The position numbers and the translations under genes are program-made. The notes under the pieces are model-generated. The model was given only the letters and a program-made list of their open reading frames with translations, was not told where the DNA came from and searched no databases. This document shows positions 26,607 through 35,735 of a DNA stretch of 64,000 nucleotides, piece by piece. The stretch's first letter is position 1. The number at the start of each line of letters is the position of its first letter. The DNA comes from Patescibacteria group bacterium. Its GTDB lineage: Bacteria > Patescibacteriota > Patescibacteriia > Magasanikbacterales > GWA2-37-8. Where the stretch lies: assembly GCA_035289165.1 (NCBI GenBank), contig DATDYA010000008.1, positions 572 to 64,571 of the forward strand, in the 5' to 3' direction.

Positions 26607-27590
26607 TTAAATCTTCTCCGGTCTCACATGGTTATATCTCTTCAACATTTTTTTAATACCACTCTCATCCAGTAATCCGAGATGTGCTCCTAGCTTTTGA
26701 ATGACTCCGGCGCTATTGGCTATACCCCAACTGAGAGCAGTGTACATATCCTCGCCTTTGATGCGAGCGGCTAAATATCCAGCCGAGAAAGCATCACCCG
26801 CACCAGTTTTTGCTTCTACCTTTACGGGTAGGCTTTCCATGTGCCAGGCCTCGTCTTCTTCCAAAGCCCAGGCCCCGTTTCCAGCGTCGGTTATTACTAC
26901 TTCTTTAGCGCCGAACATCATGAGTTGGTGCATAAGCGAAGTAATACCTTTTTCTTTTTCTAAAGTTGTATTCAGCAAAGTCTCGGCTTCTTCCAGGTTT
27001 AATATTAGTAGGTCAGCTCGTGCTAGAGCTTCTAATAATTTTTTAGGGGCATACTTTAATTGGAACGACCCAGGGTTAACTGCTAATCGAACAGTCGGAT
27101 GTTTGCTGAGGAATTTTAATAACCCATCTTGGATTTTTTCGTAACCCTCGGATAAGCCGGTATAATACACCCAATTGCTTGCGGGGATTTCTTTTGGCCA
27201 GACATATCTTCTTTTTTCGTGGAAAGAAAGTATTGTTCGTTCGCCTTGGAAATTTAAGACAGTTGAGTAGCGAGTCATCGCCTTGTCGTCTTTAGCTACC
27301 AGCGTGGTATCCACCCCGAATTTATTAAGTTCTTCCACACCCAATTCACCGTTGGGGTCATTACCAACGCTCGCGATAATCGCTGTCTTTAATCCCAATT
27401 TAGTTGCTCCACAGGCGACGTTAGTGGCGTTGCCGCCCAATGACTGAAAACTTTCTTTAATTGGGATCTTACTAGCATAGTCAAAACAGAGTTTCTTGTG
27501 TTCGTGTAAGACAGTGCATTCAGCGTTTTTACCGTCGATAATAAGGTGCGTGTCGATCAGAATATCACCAATGGTTATGAGGTTGAGCAT
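26607..27590 (-). CDS. PfkB-family carbohydrate kinase (ribokinase-like)
   Basis: N-terminal LNLITIGDILID and the C-terminal signature TGAGDAFSAGYLAA. The likely start is MLNLITIGD (27590) rather than the ORF's first Met at 27635. Confidence 0.8.
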   Translation of the reverse strand: MLNLITIGDILIDTHLIIDGKNAECTVLHEHKKLCFDYASKIPIKESFQSLGGNATNVACGATKLGLKTAIIASVGNDPNGELGVEELNKFGVDTTLVAKDDKAMTRYSTVLNFQGERTILSFHEKRRYVWPKEIPASNWVYYTGLSEGYEKIQDGLLKFLSKHPTVRLAVNPGSFQLKYAPKKLLEALARADLLILNLEEAETLLNTTLEKEKGITSLMHQLMMFGAKEVVITDAGNGAWALEEDEAWHMESLPVKVEAKTGAGDAFSAGYLAARIKGEDMYTALSWGIANSAGVIQKLGAHLGLLDESGIKKMLKRYNHVRPEKI

Positions 27591-27597
27591 AGGTTGG

Positions 27598-27921
27598 CTA
27601 GTTAGATTTATCGTTTGGGTGTTTGTAGGCCTCAATTTGTTTCAGGTTGTGCCCGTGCCTACCCAGGATTATTTCTGTCATCTCGATTAAACTCCCCACA
27701 AAAAGTCCGGCCATGGCGACCGAGAAGATTTTGTTTCCGATCCAGAGGGCGTAGATGAATAAACAGGCGGCGGCAACGACAAACACCACATCCTGGCGTC
27801 GCTCTGCTTCAAGAAATACACCGTAAGTAAGTAAGACAGCACCAAGACCAGCAACCACATTCATGAGCACGGTGGTTAAGGGCCAGGGTAAGGTCGAAAA
27901 AGCTTCTGGTAGAAAAGACAT
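27598..27921 (-). CDS. Small 3-TM membrane protein (LAB_N / PQ-loop-like), paralog 1
   Basis: 107 aa with three hydrophobic segments. The block YGVFLEAERRQDVVFVVAAACLFIYALWIGNKIF parallels the neighbouring paralog and the lipid-A-biosynthesis N-terminal domain pattern. Confidence 0.45.
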   Translation of the reverse strand: MSFLPEAFSTLPWPLTTVLMNVVAGLGAVLLTYGVFLEAERRQDVVFVVAAACLFIYALWIGNKIFSVAMAGLFVGSLIEMTEIILGRHGHNLKQIEAYKHPNDKSN

Positions 27922-27933
27922 ATAATTTATAAC

Positions 27934-28170
27934 TTAAGATGAATATTTTTTAGTATGCTTAATTTTATAAATCTCGTATAAACTAGCTAGGGTAAAAATA
28001 ATCTGTAGCGGAATGAAAATCGGATCACGCAAGTAGATACTATATACGAGGAGAGCCAGGCCACCTAACGCAAAAACAATATCTTGGTGGACTTCTTTTT
28101 TAACAAAAATTCCGTAAGTGATGCAGAGAACCCCAACTATCCCGAAAGCTTTAGCAACCAGAGGAAGCAT
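27934..28170 (-). CDS. Small 3-TM membrane protein (LAB_N / PQ-loop-like), paralog 2
   Basis: YGIFVKKEVHQDIVFALGGLALLVYSIYLRDPIFIPLQI aligns with paralog 1. The start is moved to the internal Met (MLPLVAKAFG) to avoid overlapping trxB. Confidence 0.45.
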   Translation of the reverse strand: MLPLVAKAFGIVGVLCITYGIFVKKEVHQDIVFALGGLALLVYSIYLRDPIFIPLQIIFTLASLYEIYKIKHTKKYSS

Positions 28171-28171
28171 A

Positions 28172-29125
28172 TTATTCTTCGGTCCAACGATTAATATATT
28201 CAATCGCCGCTAAGGCCGCGGTTATCCCTTGACCGGCGGAAATACCAATTTGTTTGTAAGGGATGTTGGTGACGTCACCAGCGGCAAAAATACCCGGACA
28301 ACTAGTACGGCATTTTTGATCCACTACTATTTGGCCGATCACATCTTTTTCCACGCACTCGGCGATGTCTGAATTCGGTGTTTGCCCGACATGGATCATA
28401 ATACCATCCACTGGTAAGGTTTTTTCTTCACCGTGCTCGTTTACATACCTGAGGGCGGTTACCTTGTCTGGTCCGATAATCTCAAGGGTTTTTACGGAAT
28501 AAAGGATTTCGATTTTTGGGTTAGCCTTAATTTTGTCTGCTAAAATATTTTCCCCTTTCGGGAAACCGCCACTAAATTCTTTTTGGTTGGGGTATTTGCT
28601 GAGGACATACACCTTGCTCGCTAGTTCGCCCATCATTAAAGCGGATTCCAGCGCCGCATTACCGGAACCAATGGTCGCCGTAACTTTATTCCGGAACAAT
28701 GGTCCGTCACAGACAGTACAGTAGGTTAGCCCTTTGTGTAATAATTCCTGCTCACCTGGTACTTTTAAATGACGAGGCTTAATGCCGGTAGCAACAATAA
28801 CCGCCTTGGCCTGGTAAACCTCTTCTGTGCTGTCGGGTTTTTTCACGTGCACGTTGTGGTGATTCATTTCTGGCACAATTTTATGTACCCAAGTCCCTTC
28901 TTCTAGGTCGACTTCTGGATAGCTCTTGGCGTGTTCAATAAATTTATTTGCCAATTCATAGCCTTGGATCTCAATAATTCCTGGCCAGTTGTTTACAATA
29001 CCTGAGAGAGCGACTTCACCGCCTAGGCGGTCAGAGATTAGTTTTACTTTTAAACGACGTCTGGCCGCATAGACTGCGGCGGCTGGTCCAGCGGCTGCCC
29101 CCCCGATAATGATAAGATCAAACAT
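28172..29125 (-). CDS. trxB: Thioredoxin-disulfide reductase
   Basis: FAD motif IIIGGAAAGPAAAVYAA, redox-active CTVCDGP, an NAD(P)-binding GxGxxA motif and a C-terminal FAAGDV motif. Confidence 0.85.
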   Translation of the reverse strand: MFDLIIIGGAAAGPAAAVYAARRRLKVKLISDRLGGEVALSGIVNNWPGIIEIQGYELANKFIEHAKSYPEVDLEEGTWVHKIVPEMNHHNVHVKKPDSTEEVYQAKAVIVATGIKPRHLKVPGEQELLHKGLTYCTVCDGPLFRNKVTATIGSGNAALESALMMGELASKVYVLSKYPNQKEFSGGFPKGENILADKIKANPKIEILYSVKTLEIIGPDKVTALRYVNEHGEEKTLPVDGIMIHVGQTPNSDIAECVEKDVIGQIVVDQKCRTSCPGIFAAGDVTNIPYKQIGISAGQGITAALAAIEYINRWTEE

Positions 29126-29141
29126 AACTAAAGAAAAGGAA

Positions 29142-29792
29142 TTAATTTCGAGTTAAATTAGTATAAGCTTCCTGTATATCTGTAGCACCTACTAGGGCAC
29201 TACCAACGTAGGCGATGTCTATACCCCAGGATTTAACTATGGATACGTTTTCTGGTTTTATGCCGCCATCAACGGCTAGTTGAGGCGTTATCTTACCTCG
29301 ATTTTCGATGAGAGTTTTAAACGATTGTATCCTTTCTCCCACTTTTTGAATAAACTGTTGGCCCTGTTGACCAGGGTGGACAGTCATAAATAAGACCAGG
29401 TCAATTATATCACAGAAATCAACAATTTCCGACAGGTCTGTTTCTGGATTAATTGCCATACCAGCCTCTAACCCAGAGGATTTGATCTTTTCGATTACCT
29501 TTTTCAGATTGTCTTTACTCTCAGCGTGGAAAACGATTCGTTTTAGTCCCACCACATCTTTCCAAGAGTCAATTTCTTGAAGTGGGTGGCTAACCATGAG
29601 GTGTAGTTCTAGTTTGAACGGCAGATGAAGCTCGTTCAACTCGACTCGTTCGGTGAAGGAGCGGTTATTTACAAAAATTCCGTCCATAACGTCGAGCTGT
29701 ATGTAGGACGGATCTAACCGCTTCACTTTTTCACATTGGTCTTTAAGTTCGGTAATGTTGCCCACTAAAATAGCCGGAACAATTTGTAACAT
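29142..29792 (-). CDS. rpe: Ribulose-phosphate 3-epimerase
   Basis: Motifs DVMDGIFVNN, HLMV, MTVHPGQQGQQF and AVDGGI. 216 aa. Confidence 0.9.
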   Translation of the reverse strand: MLQIVPAILVGNITELKDQCEKVKRLDPSYIQLDVMDGIFVNNRSFTERVELNELHLPFKLELHLMVSHPLQEIDSWKDVVGLKRIVFHAESKDNLKKVIEKIKSSGLEAGMAINPETDLSEIVDFCDIIDLVLFMTVHPGQQGQQFIQKVGERIQSFKTLIENRGKITPQLAVDGGIKPENVSIVKSWGIDIAYVGSALVGATDIQEAYTNLTRN

Positions 29793-29795
29793 AGT

Positions 29796-30242
29796 TTAAC
29801 CCTCAAGTTGGTTAATTCTGTCAATTCTTCTTTGGTATTTCGGGTCGTCCGTTCGTAATTCCGTTTCCAGGAATTTTTTAGTAATTGCTGCGGCATGGTC
29901 ATTCGAGATAATACGGGCGGCAAGGCACAAAACGTTTAGGTTATCGTCTCGTCTACCTAACTCCACGCCCTCAATACTGTAACCAATACTCGCCCGGATT
30001 CCTTTAAATTTATTGGCTGTTACACAAACTCCGTGGCCGCTACCGCAGAGCAGAATGCCTAGTGATCCCGGATTTTTTTGTATTGCCTTAGCGACTTTTG
30101 TAGCGTAATCCACGTAGTCGTCTTCGGGATCCAGTTTATCTGCTCCCAAATCTTCAACTTCTTTTTTTAATTGGGTTTTAAGATAAGTAACTAGGTACTT
30201 TTTCATTTCCAACCCGCGGTGGTCGGTAGCGATGTAAATCAT
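29796..30242 (-). CDS. rpiB: Ribose-5-phosphate isomerase B
   Basis: IATDHRG and LLCGSGHGVCVTANK motifs. 148 aa. Confidence 0.9.
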   Translation of the reverse strand: MIYIATDHRGLEMKKYLVTYLKTQLKKEVEDLGADKLDPEDDYVDYATKVAKAIQKNPGSLGILLCGSGHGVCVTANKFKGIRASIGYSIEGVELGRRDDNLNVLCLAARIISNDHAAAITKKFLETELRTDDPKYQRRIDRINQLEG

Positions 30243-30515
30243 AATGATAGGCTTAAATACCCCTTTATTATATCTGTTTACTATGGGGTTGGCAAATACA
30301 AAAGCCCAGGTAGGGCACTGTATATTGTTTAAGATTTAAAATAAAGTTCAAGTGCTTCTTGGAAGTTTTTCTCCGCCTCTTACCTGGTGTTGCCTTGAGA
30401 AGTCACCCCTAACTGAGGACAACTGACAATAAAGTATTTTTCATCGTAGAGGTAACTTGTGATTAATTTTAAAGCCATAAGATATAGTAAGTTCGTGTTT
30501 ACCTGTGAATTTTTC

Positions 30516-31640
30516 TTAAGCCAAGTATCCAGAATAGTTTTCTCTATTAACTTTTTCAAATTTAGCTTCCTTATAGGTATTGAGCCAGTCTTTTGGTGGG
30601 CTGGCTTTTTTTGTCTCTGACCACTTGCATTCGTAGCCGGTGAGTACGCCATTTTTTTCTTCGATCAGGTCAATTTTTTGTTGGTCGTAAGTACGCCAAA
30701 AGTAGAAATTAGCTAACCCGCCACTTCTTTTTATTTTCTCCATAATAAACCAGTTTTCAAACAAGTCCCCCGTGTCAGCCCGCAATTCTAAAGGGTTAAA
30801 GTTTCTAATTAAAGCGTTCCTAATACCCACATCGACAAAGTAATATTTGGAGCTTTTATAAATCTCTTTTCTTAGGTTTCGGCTAAAGCCTCGGATATTG
30901 ACAATGACAAACATCTTTTCCAGAATGTCCAAGTAGTTTTCCACCGCCTTCGCAGTGAGGCTAAGATTTTGGGCTAATTCAGCTATTGAGACCTCTTTAC
31001 CAATTTGGAGAGCCAGTAACGCCAAGAGGTCAACCACTTTCTTTGGTTTGCGAACTTTTTCAAAAGATAAAATATCTCGGTATAGATAATTGTTTAATAA
31101 TTCAAAAAGATAATTTTGTTTTTCTTCTTCGCCAGTTAAGGTGTGTATTTTTGGATACATGCCAAAACGCAAAAATTTTTCCAAAGCCGTGTTTGGCGAA
31201 GTTTGTCGATATAAATCAGTTAACTCGGAGTATTGAAGGGGATAGAGGAAGAATGTTTTTGTTCTTCCGGTCAGTGGCTCGTTTATTTTATTAGCCAAGT
31301 CAAACGAGGAAGAGCCGGAAGTAACAATCGTGAGCGGCAAGTTGTCAAAAAGTAACTTGAGAGTCAAGCCGATATTAGTAATACGTTGGGCCTCGTCAAT
31401 AACAAGAAAGGTGTTGTTTCCTATAATTGGCTTTAAAGCCTCTAATTCCGGCTGGCCAAATATTTTCTGGGTGTATAGATCGTCCCCGGTGAACTTCAGT
31501 GCCTTGATGCCAGTTTCTTCTAGAATTTGGCTAATTAAAGTAGTTTTTCCAGCCTGTCTAGGCCCGTAAAGCACAATAACTCGCGGTTCACCTTGTATAG
31601 CCGAGAGTATTTTAGAGTGGAGTTCTCTTTTAATTAACAT
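30516..31640 (-). CDS. AAA+ ATPase with DUF4143 domain
   Basis: Walker A GPRQAGKTTL, Walker B LVIDEAQ and a C-terminal DUF4143-like region. It is a paralog of the truncated gene at 2-901. Confidence 0.8.
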   Translation of the reverse strand: MLIKRELHSKILSAIQGEPRVIVLYGPRQAGKTTLISQILEETGIKALKFTGDDLYTQKIFGQPELEALKPIIGNNTFLVIDEAQRITNIGLTLKLLFDNLPLTIVTSGSSSFDLANKINEPLTGRTKTFFLYPLQYSELTDLYRQTSPNTALEKFLRFGMYPKIHTLTGEEEKQNYLFELLNNYLYRDILSFEKVRKPKKVVDLLALLALQIGKEVSIAELAQNLSLTAKAVENYLDILEKMFVIVNIRGFSRNLRKEIYKSSKYYFVDVGIRNALIRNFNPLELRADTGDLFENWFIMEKIKRSGGLANFYFWRTYDQQKIDLIEEKNGVLTGYECKWSETKKASPPKDWLNTYKEAKFEKVNRENYSGYLA

Positions 31641-32097
31641 ATTTATAAGTATATGAATTTATATAAATTGATGATACTACAAGTATAGCAAATTATATAA
31701 ATTATGTCAATAACCGTTATTAATCCCCCGTTTTTTGTTTAATTTATGGTAAAATTAAGATATTAAGTAATAGTATGTACAATTAGAATATGGATTTAAA
31801 AGAGCTTAAAAAAGAGAAAAAACAATACACCGTTTGGCATCTAGGATAGATGATTAATTTTGGCCTGAACAGAGAGAAGATTAAAATAAAGGAGCTAAAA
31901 AAGTATTGGTCAAAAATTCGTCTCGATCCTCACAAAAAGCGATACTTAGAATTCCTTTTACAATCTTAAAAATTATCCTCAGTTTAATATGTTAAAGTTG
32001 ACTAACCCCCTTTTTCTTGTTAATATTAGGTTATCGAGGGATATGGTTCTAGTTGAGTGCAAAGCTCCCAAGCTTAAAAAACTTAACCTTTAGCCAT

Positions 32098-32550
32098 ATG
32101 AAAATTAGAGATATTTTAGATCAAAAGATTGTCACGGTTCGAAAAGATACGACGTATGAGGAGGCGGCGAAGATTTTGCTCGACAACGAAGTGACGGGTG
32201 CTCCAGTTGTAGACAGTGAGGGAAAGTTGGTGGGCATAATCACGGAGAAAGATATTTTTAAAGTTCTTCTTCCGTATTACCAGAGTTATTACGAACACCC
32301 GGAGTATTATACTGACCTCGAAGAGCGAGAACTAAAGGCAAAAGATATCCGGACCATGAAAGTAGAAGTTTTCATGAGTAAGAACATTTCTAGTATTACT
32401 CCAGATGAACCAATCATGCGGGCTGGTGCCATAATGCTTGCGAGAAAAATCGGTCACCTACCAGTTGTTGAAAATGGCAAGTTGGTTGGAGTAGTTAGCG
32501 GGACAAAAATATTTCGTTTCGTTTTAAAAAACCAATTAAATAATAATTAA
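32098..32550 (+). CDS. Tandem CBS-domain protein
   Basis: Two CBS repeats (VTVRKDTTYEEAAKILLDNEVTGAPVVD... and VFMSKNISSITPDEPIMRAGAIMLARKIGHLPVV...). The start is placed at MKIRDIL. Confidence 0.75.
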   Translation: MKIRDILDQKIVTVRKDTTYEEAAKILLDNEVTGAPVVDSEGKLVGIITEKDIFKVLLPYYQSYYEHPEYYTDLEERELKAKDIRTMKVEVFMSKNISSITPDEPIMRAGAIMLARKIGHLPVVENGKLVGVVSGTKIFRFVLKNQLNNN

Positions 32551-32753
32551 AAGCGCAAAACTTGTTATCACCAAGGATTTCGACTAATCATCGAAGGCGC
32601 TAGAGAAAGAACCCGTTTACGGGCTAGAATCTCTCGGGCAAGCCCGTAAAAGCTGTTAATTAAGGCCACTTTGGCAAAGCTAGGATGGTACCACCTTTTT
32701 GAGGTTCCTGGCAGACCAAGTGGTATTTTTATTTAAAAAATAACAATTAATAT
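32551..32753 (+). promoter_or_regulatory. Putative T-box leader of ileS with an Ile AUC specifier in a terminal loop and a T-box-like sequence UAGGAUGGUACCACC
   Basis: Hairpin 32579-32595 (TTCGA / TCGAA) has a terminal loop CUAAUCA containing AUC followed by A. AGCTAGGATGGTACCACC at 32678-32695 matches 13 of 18 positions of the T-box consensus AAUUAGGGUGGNACCGCG, with UGGU placed to pair with an NCCA end. A downstream TACCAC...GTGGTA pairing is followed by T5 (32726-32730). Additional short hairpins lie at 32612-32623 and 32635-32646. Confidence 0.45.
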
Positions 32754-35732
32754 ATGTATAACTCCAACAAAGAAGAATTAGAAATATTAAAGTATTGGGA
32801 TGAGCATCAGATATTCGAAAAGTCTGTTAGTGAACGACCAGAAGACAAGCCGTATGTTTTTTATGATGGCCCACCTTTTGCAACTGGGTTACCACATTAT
32901 GGTCACATGGTCGCTTCACTTATTAAAGATGTTGTACCGCGCTATTTTACCATGCGTGGTTTTAGAGTTGAACGTCGGTGGGGTTGGGACTGCCACGGCT
33001 TACCGGTAGAAAATATCATTGAAAAAGATCTTAATCTAAATAGTCGGAAAGACATCTTAGATTATGGCATAGATAAATTCAACCAAGCTTGTCGAGCCAC
33101 AGTATTAAAATATGCCGAAGAGTGGAAAAAAACGATTAAGAGAATGGGGCGGTGGGTGGACATGGAAAATGATTACAAAACCATGGACATTTCTTACATG
33201 GAAAGTGTTTGGTGGGTTTTCCGATCACTATGGGATAAAGGTTTAGTATATAAAGGCCACAAAGCCATGCATATTTGTCCACACTGCGTGACGCCGTTGT
33301 CTAATTTTGAAGTGACACAAGGGTATAAAGATATAAAAGATATTTCGGTAACCGCCAAGTTTAAAATAGTAGACAATGAAGAAAAACATCGGATCTTGGG
33401 TGAGAAACTTACTGGTGCAAATTTGTATATCTTGGCTTGGACAACTACCCCCTGGACCTTGCCGGGCAATGTTTTGTTGGCTGTTAATCGCGAAGTCGAT
33501 TACGATTTAATTTTAAACAAAGACGACCAGAGTTATTATATTCTCGCCTCATCTCGCTTGCCTGTAGTAATGAAAGACAAGGTTGAAGGGGCAGATTTTG
33601 AGGTGATAGGTAAATACGCCGGAAGCGCTCTCGAAGGTTTAAGTTACGAACCACTGTTCCCGTATTTTAAAGATACGGAGAATGCTTTTCGAGTCGTTAG
33701 TGGCGACTTTGTAACCACCGAAGAAGGCACGGGTGTAGTACACATTGCCCCGGCTTTTGGTGAAGATGATTATGCCTTAGGAAAAACTGAGGGTATACCG
33801 CTAGTGCAGCATGTAACCATGGAAGGTAAATTTACTGATGAAGTGGTGGATTTTGCCGGACAAGATGTCAAACCAAAAGACGATCACACTAAAGCAGATG
33901 TAGAAATAATCAAATATCTCGCCAAAGAAGGAAAACTGTTTAGTAAAGAAAAGTTGGAGCACAGCTATCCTCATTGCTGGCGTTGTGATACTCCTCTTTT
34001 AAATTACGCCACTACCAGTTGGTTTGTTTCCGTCTCTAAAATTAAGGAAGAGTTGTTGAAGAATAATGCCAAAACCAGTTGGGTACCGGCCCATGTTAAA
34101 GACGGTCGTTTTGGTTTGTGGCTCGAAGGAGCACGTGATTGGGCGATTTCTCGTAATCGCTATTGGGGCACACCGTTGCCGGTTTGGGAAAATGAAGACG
34201 GCGAGGCTTTGTGTGTTGGCAGTGTCAAAGAACTAGAAGAGTTGACCAGCGAAACTGTTACCGATTTGCACAAAGACTTTGTGGATAACCTTGAAATTAC
34301 CAAAGACGGGGAAATATATCGCCGTATACCAGAAGTACTGGATTGCTGGTTTGAATCCGGCGCTATGCCGTATGGCCAAATGCATTATCCGTTTGAAAAT
34401 AAAGATAAGTTTGAACACGGTTTTCCAGCCGAGTTTATTGCCGAAGGGCAAGACCAAACCCGCGGTTGGTTCTATACTCTACATATTTTGGCTACTGCTT
34501 TAACTAAGGCCGACCATCCGGTCATTGTTCCTAGTGGTGGTATGTCGGCGGATAAATACGGTGTACCCGCCTTCAAAAACATTATTGTCAACGGTATAGT
34601 CTTGGCTGAAGACGGTAAGAAAATGAGCAAGCGTTTAAAAAATTATCCTGAGCCAGGTTTAGTTTTAGAGAAGTATGGTGCAGATGCCATGCGTTATTAT
34701 CTCGTTACTTCTCCGATCATGGAAGCGGAGTTGCTTAATTTTTCTGAGGCGGGTGTTAGAGAGGTTTACTCAAAGCTAATAAATACTTTGTGGAACGTGG
34801 TTGAATTTTATAACCTCTTTAAAGAAGATGCCTCTGGAGTACCAGGAACGAGTGAGCATGTGTTAGATCGTTGGGTACTGGCCAAGTTACAAGTCTTAAT
34901 TAAAGATGTTACTTCTGGTTTAGAAGGTTACAAATTGGTGGGTGCCAGTAGGCCAATTTTAGACTTTGTTACAGAACTGTCTCAATGGTATGTCCGCCGT
35001 TCGCGCGATCGTTTTAAAGGGGATGACAAAGAAGACAAGGCCAAGGCCTTGGCGACTTTAAACCAAGTATTGTTAGCCCTCTCCAAACTAATGGCCCCCT
35101 TCACTCCGTTTATCGCCGAAAAGATTTACCAAGAAGTGGGCGGTGAAAAGGAAAGTGTTCATTTGGAAATGTGGCCAGAGGTGGATGAAAAACTAAAAGA
35201 AGATGGTGTATTAGAAGATATGAAACTTGTCCAAAAAATAGTAGAGGCAGGGCATTTTCTTAGAAAAGAAGCTGGGATCCCTGTGCGACAGGTACTATCT
35301 AGTTTAGAAGTCCCGGAATGTCGTCTAAAAGAAGAACAATATTTTTCTATTATAGCAGAAGAATTAAATTTGAAGACTATTGTTAGTGTGCTAGTATCAG
35401 AACATAGGATTGAAAAGATATTGGAGCATACTCAAGGGCAGCTCCGTATAGCTTTAGATATAGAAATTACCCCTGAACTTAAAAAAGAAGGTCTAGTCCG
35501 TGAAATCGTTCGTACCATTAACCAGCTCCGGAAGAATATGAAATTAACTATTGCCGATCGGGTCGTGGTTGAATACGAAACTGCCGGTGGAGATTTACAG
35601 GAAGTATTCCAAGATAACGGCGAAGAGATTAAAAAATCTGTTCTCGCCACCGAATTACATTCTGGTATAGTCGGTGAAGAGCCGGTTGAGGTTGGTGGGC
35701 AACCCGTTAAAATTAAACTAACCGTTGTTTAA
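32754..35732 (+). CDS. ileS: Isoleucine--tRNA ligase
   Basis: 992 aa with a HIGH-class motif (PHYGH), KMSKRL (KMSKS), an editing domain and a C-terminal zinc-finger-less extension. Confidence 0.95.
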   Translation: MYNSNKEELEILKYWDEHQIFEKSVSERPEDKPYVFYDGPPFATGLPHYGHMVASLIKDVVPRYFTMRGFRVERRWGWDCHGLPVENIIEKDLNLNSRKDILDYGIDKFNQACRATVLKYAEEWKKTIKRMGRWVDMENDYKTMDISYMESVWWVFRSLWDKGLVYKGHKAMHICPHCVTPLSNFEVTQGYKDIKDISVTAKFKIVDNEEKHRILGEKLTGANLYILAWTTTPWTLPGNVLLAVNREVDYDLILNKDDQSYYILASSRLPVVMKDKVEGADFEVIGKYAGSALEGLSYEPLFPYFKDTENAFRVVSGDFVTTEEGTGVVHIAPAFGEDDYALGKTEGIPLVQHVTMEGKFTDEVVDFAGQDVKPKDDHTKADVEIIKYLAKEGKLFSKEKLEHSYPHCWRCDTPLLNYATTSWFVSVSKIKEELLKNNAKTSWVPAHVKDGRFGLWLEGARDWAISRNRYWGTPLPVWENEDGEALCVGSVKELEELTSETVTDLHKDFVDNLEITKDGEIYRRIPEVLDCWFESGAMPYGQMHYPFENKDKFEHGFPAEFIAEGQDQTRGWFYTLHILATALTKADHPVIVPSGGMSADKYGVPAFKNIIVNGIVLAEDGKKMSKRLKNYPEPGLVLEKYGADAMRYYLVTSPIMEAELLNFSEAGVREVYSKLINTLWNVVEFYNLFKEDASGVPGTSEHVLDRWVLAKLQVLIKDVTSGLEGYKLVGASRPILDFVTELSQWYVRRSRDRFKGDDKEDKAKALATLNQVLLALSKLMAPFTPFIAEKIYQEVGGEKESVHLEMWPEVDEKLKEDGVLEDMKLVQKIVEAGHFLRKEAGIPVRQVLSSLEVPECRLKEEQYFSIIAEELNLKTIVSVLVSEHRIEKILEHTQGQLRIALDIEITPELKKEGLVREIVRTINQLRKNMKLTIADRVVVEYETAGGDLQEVFQDNGEEIKKSVLATELHSGIVGEEPVEVGGQPVKIKLTVV

Positions 35733-35735
35733 GTT

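Noticed and set aside
30243-30652. 273-bp gap and the overlapping 90-aa ORF 30380-30652 downstream of the DUF4143 ATPase, as a possible gene or ncRNA
   Set aside because: The ORF overlaps the ATPase 3' end in another frame and has no motifs. I could find no convincing conserved RNA structure or terminator by eye. It stays unassigned.
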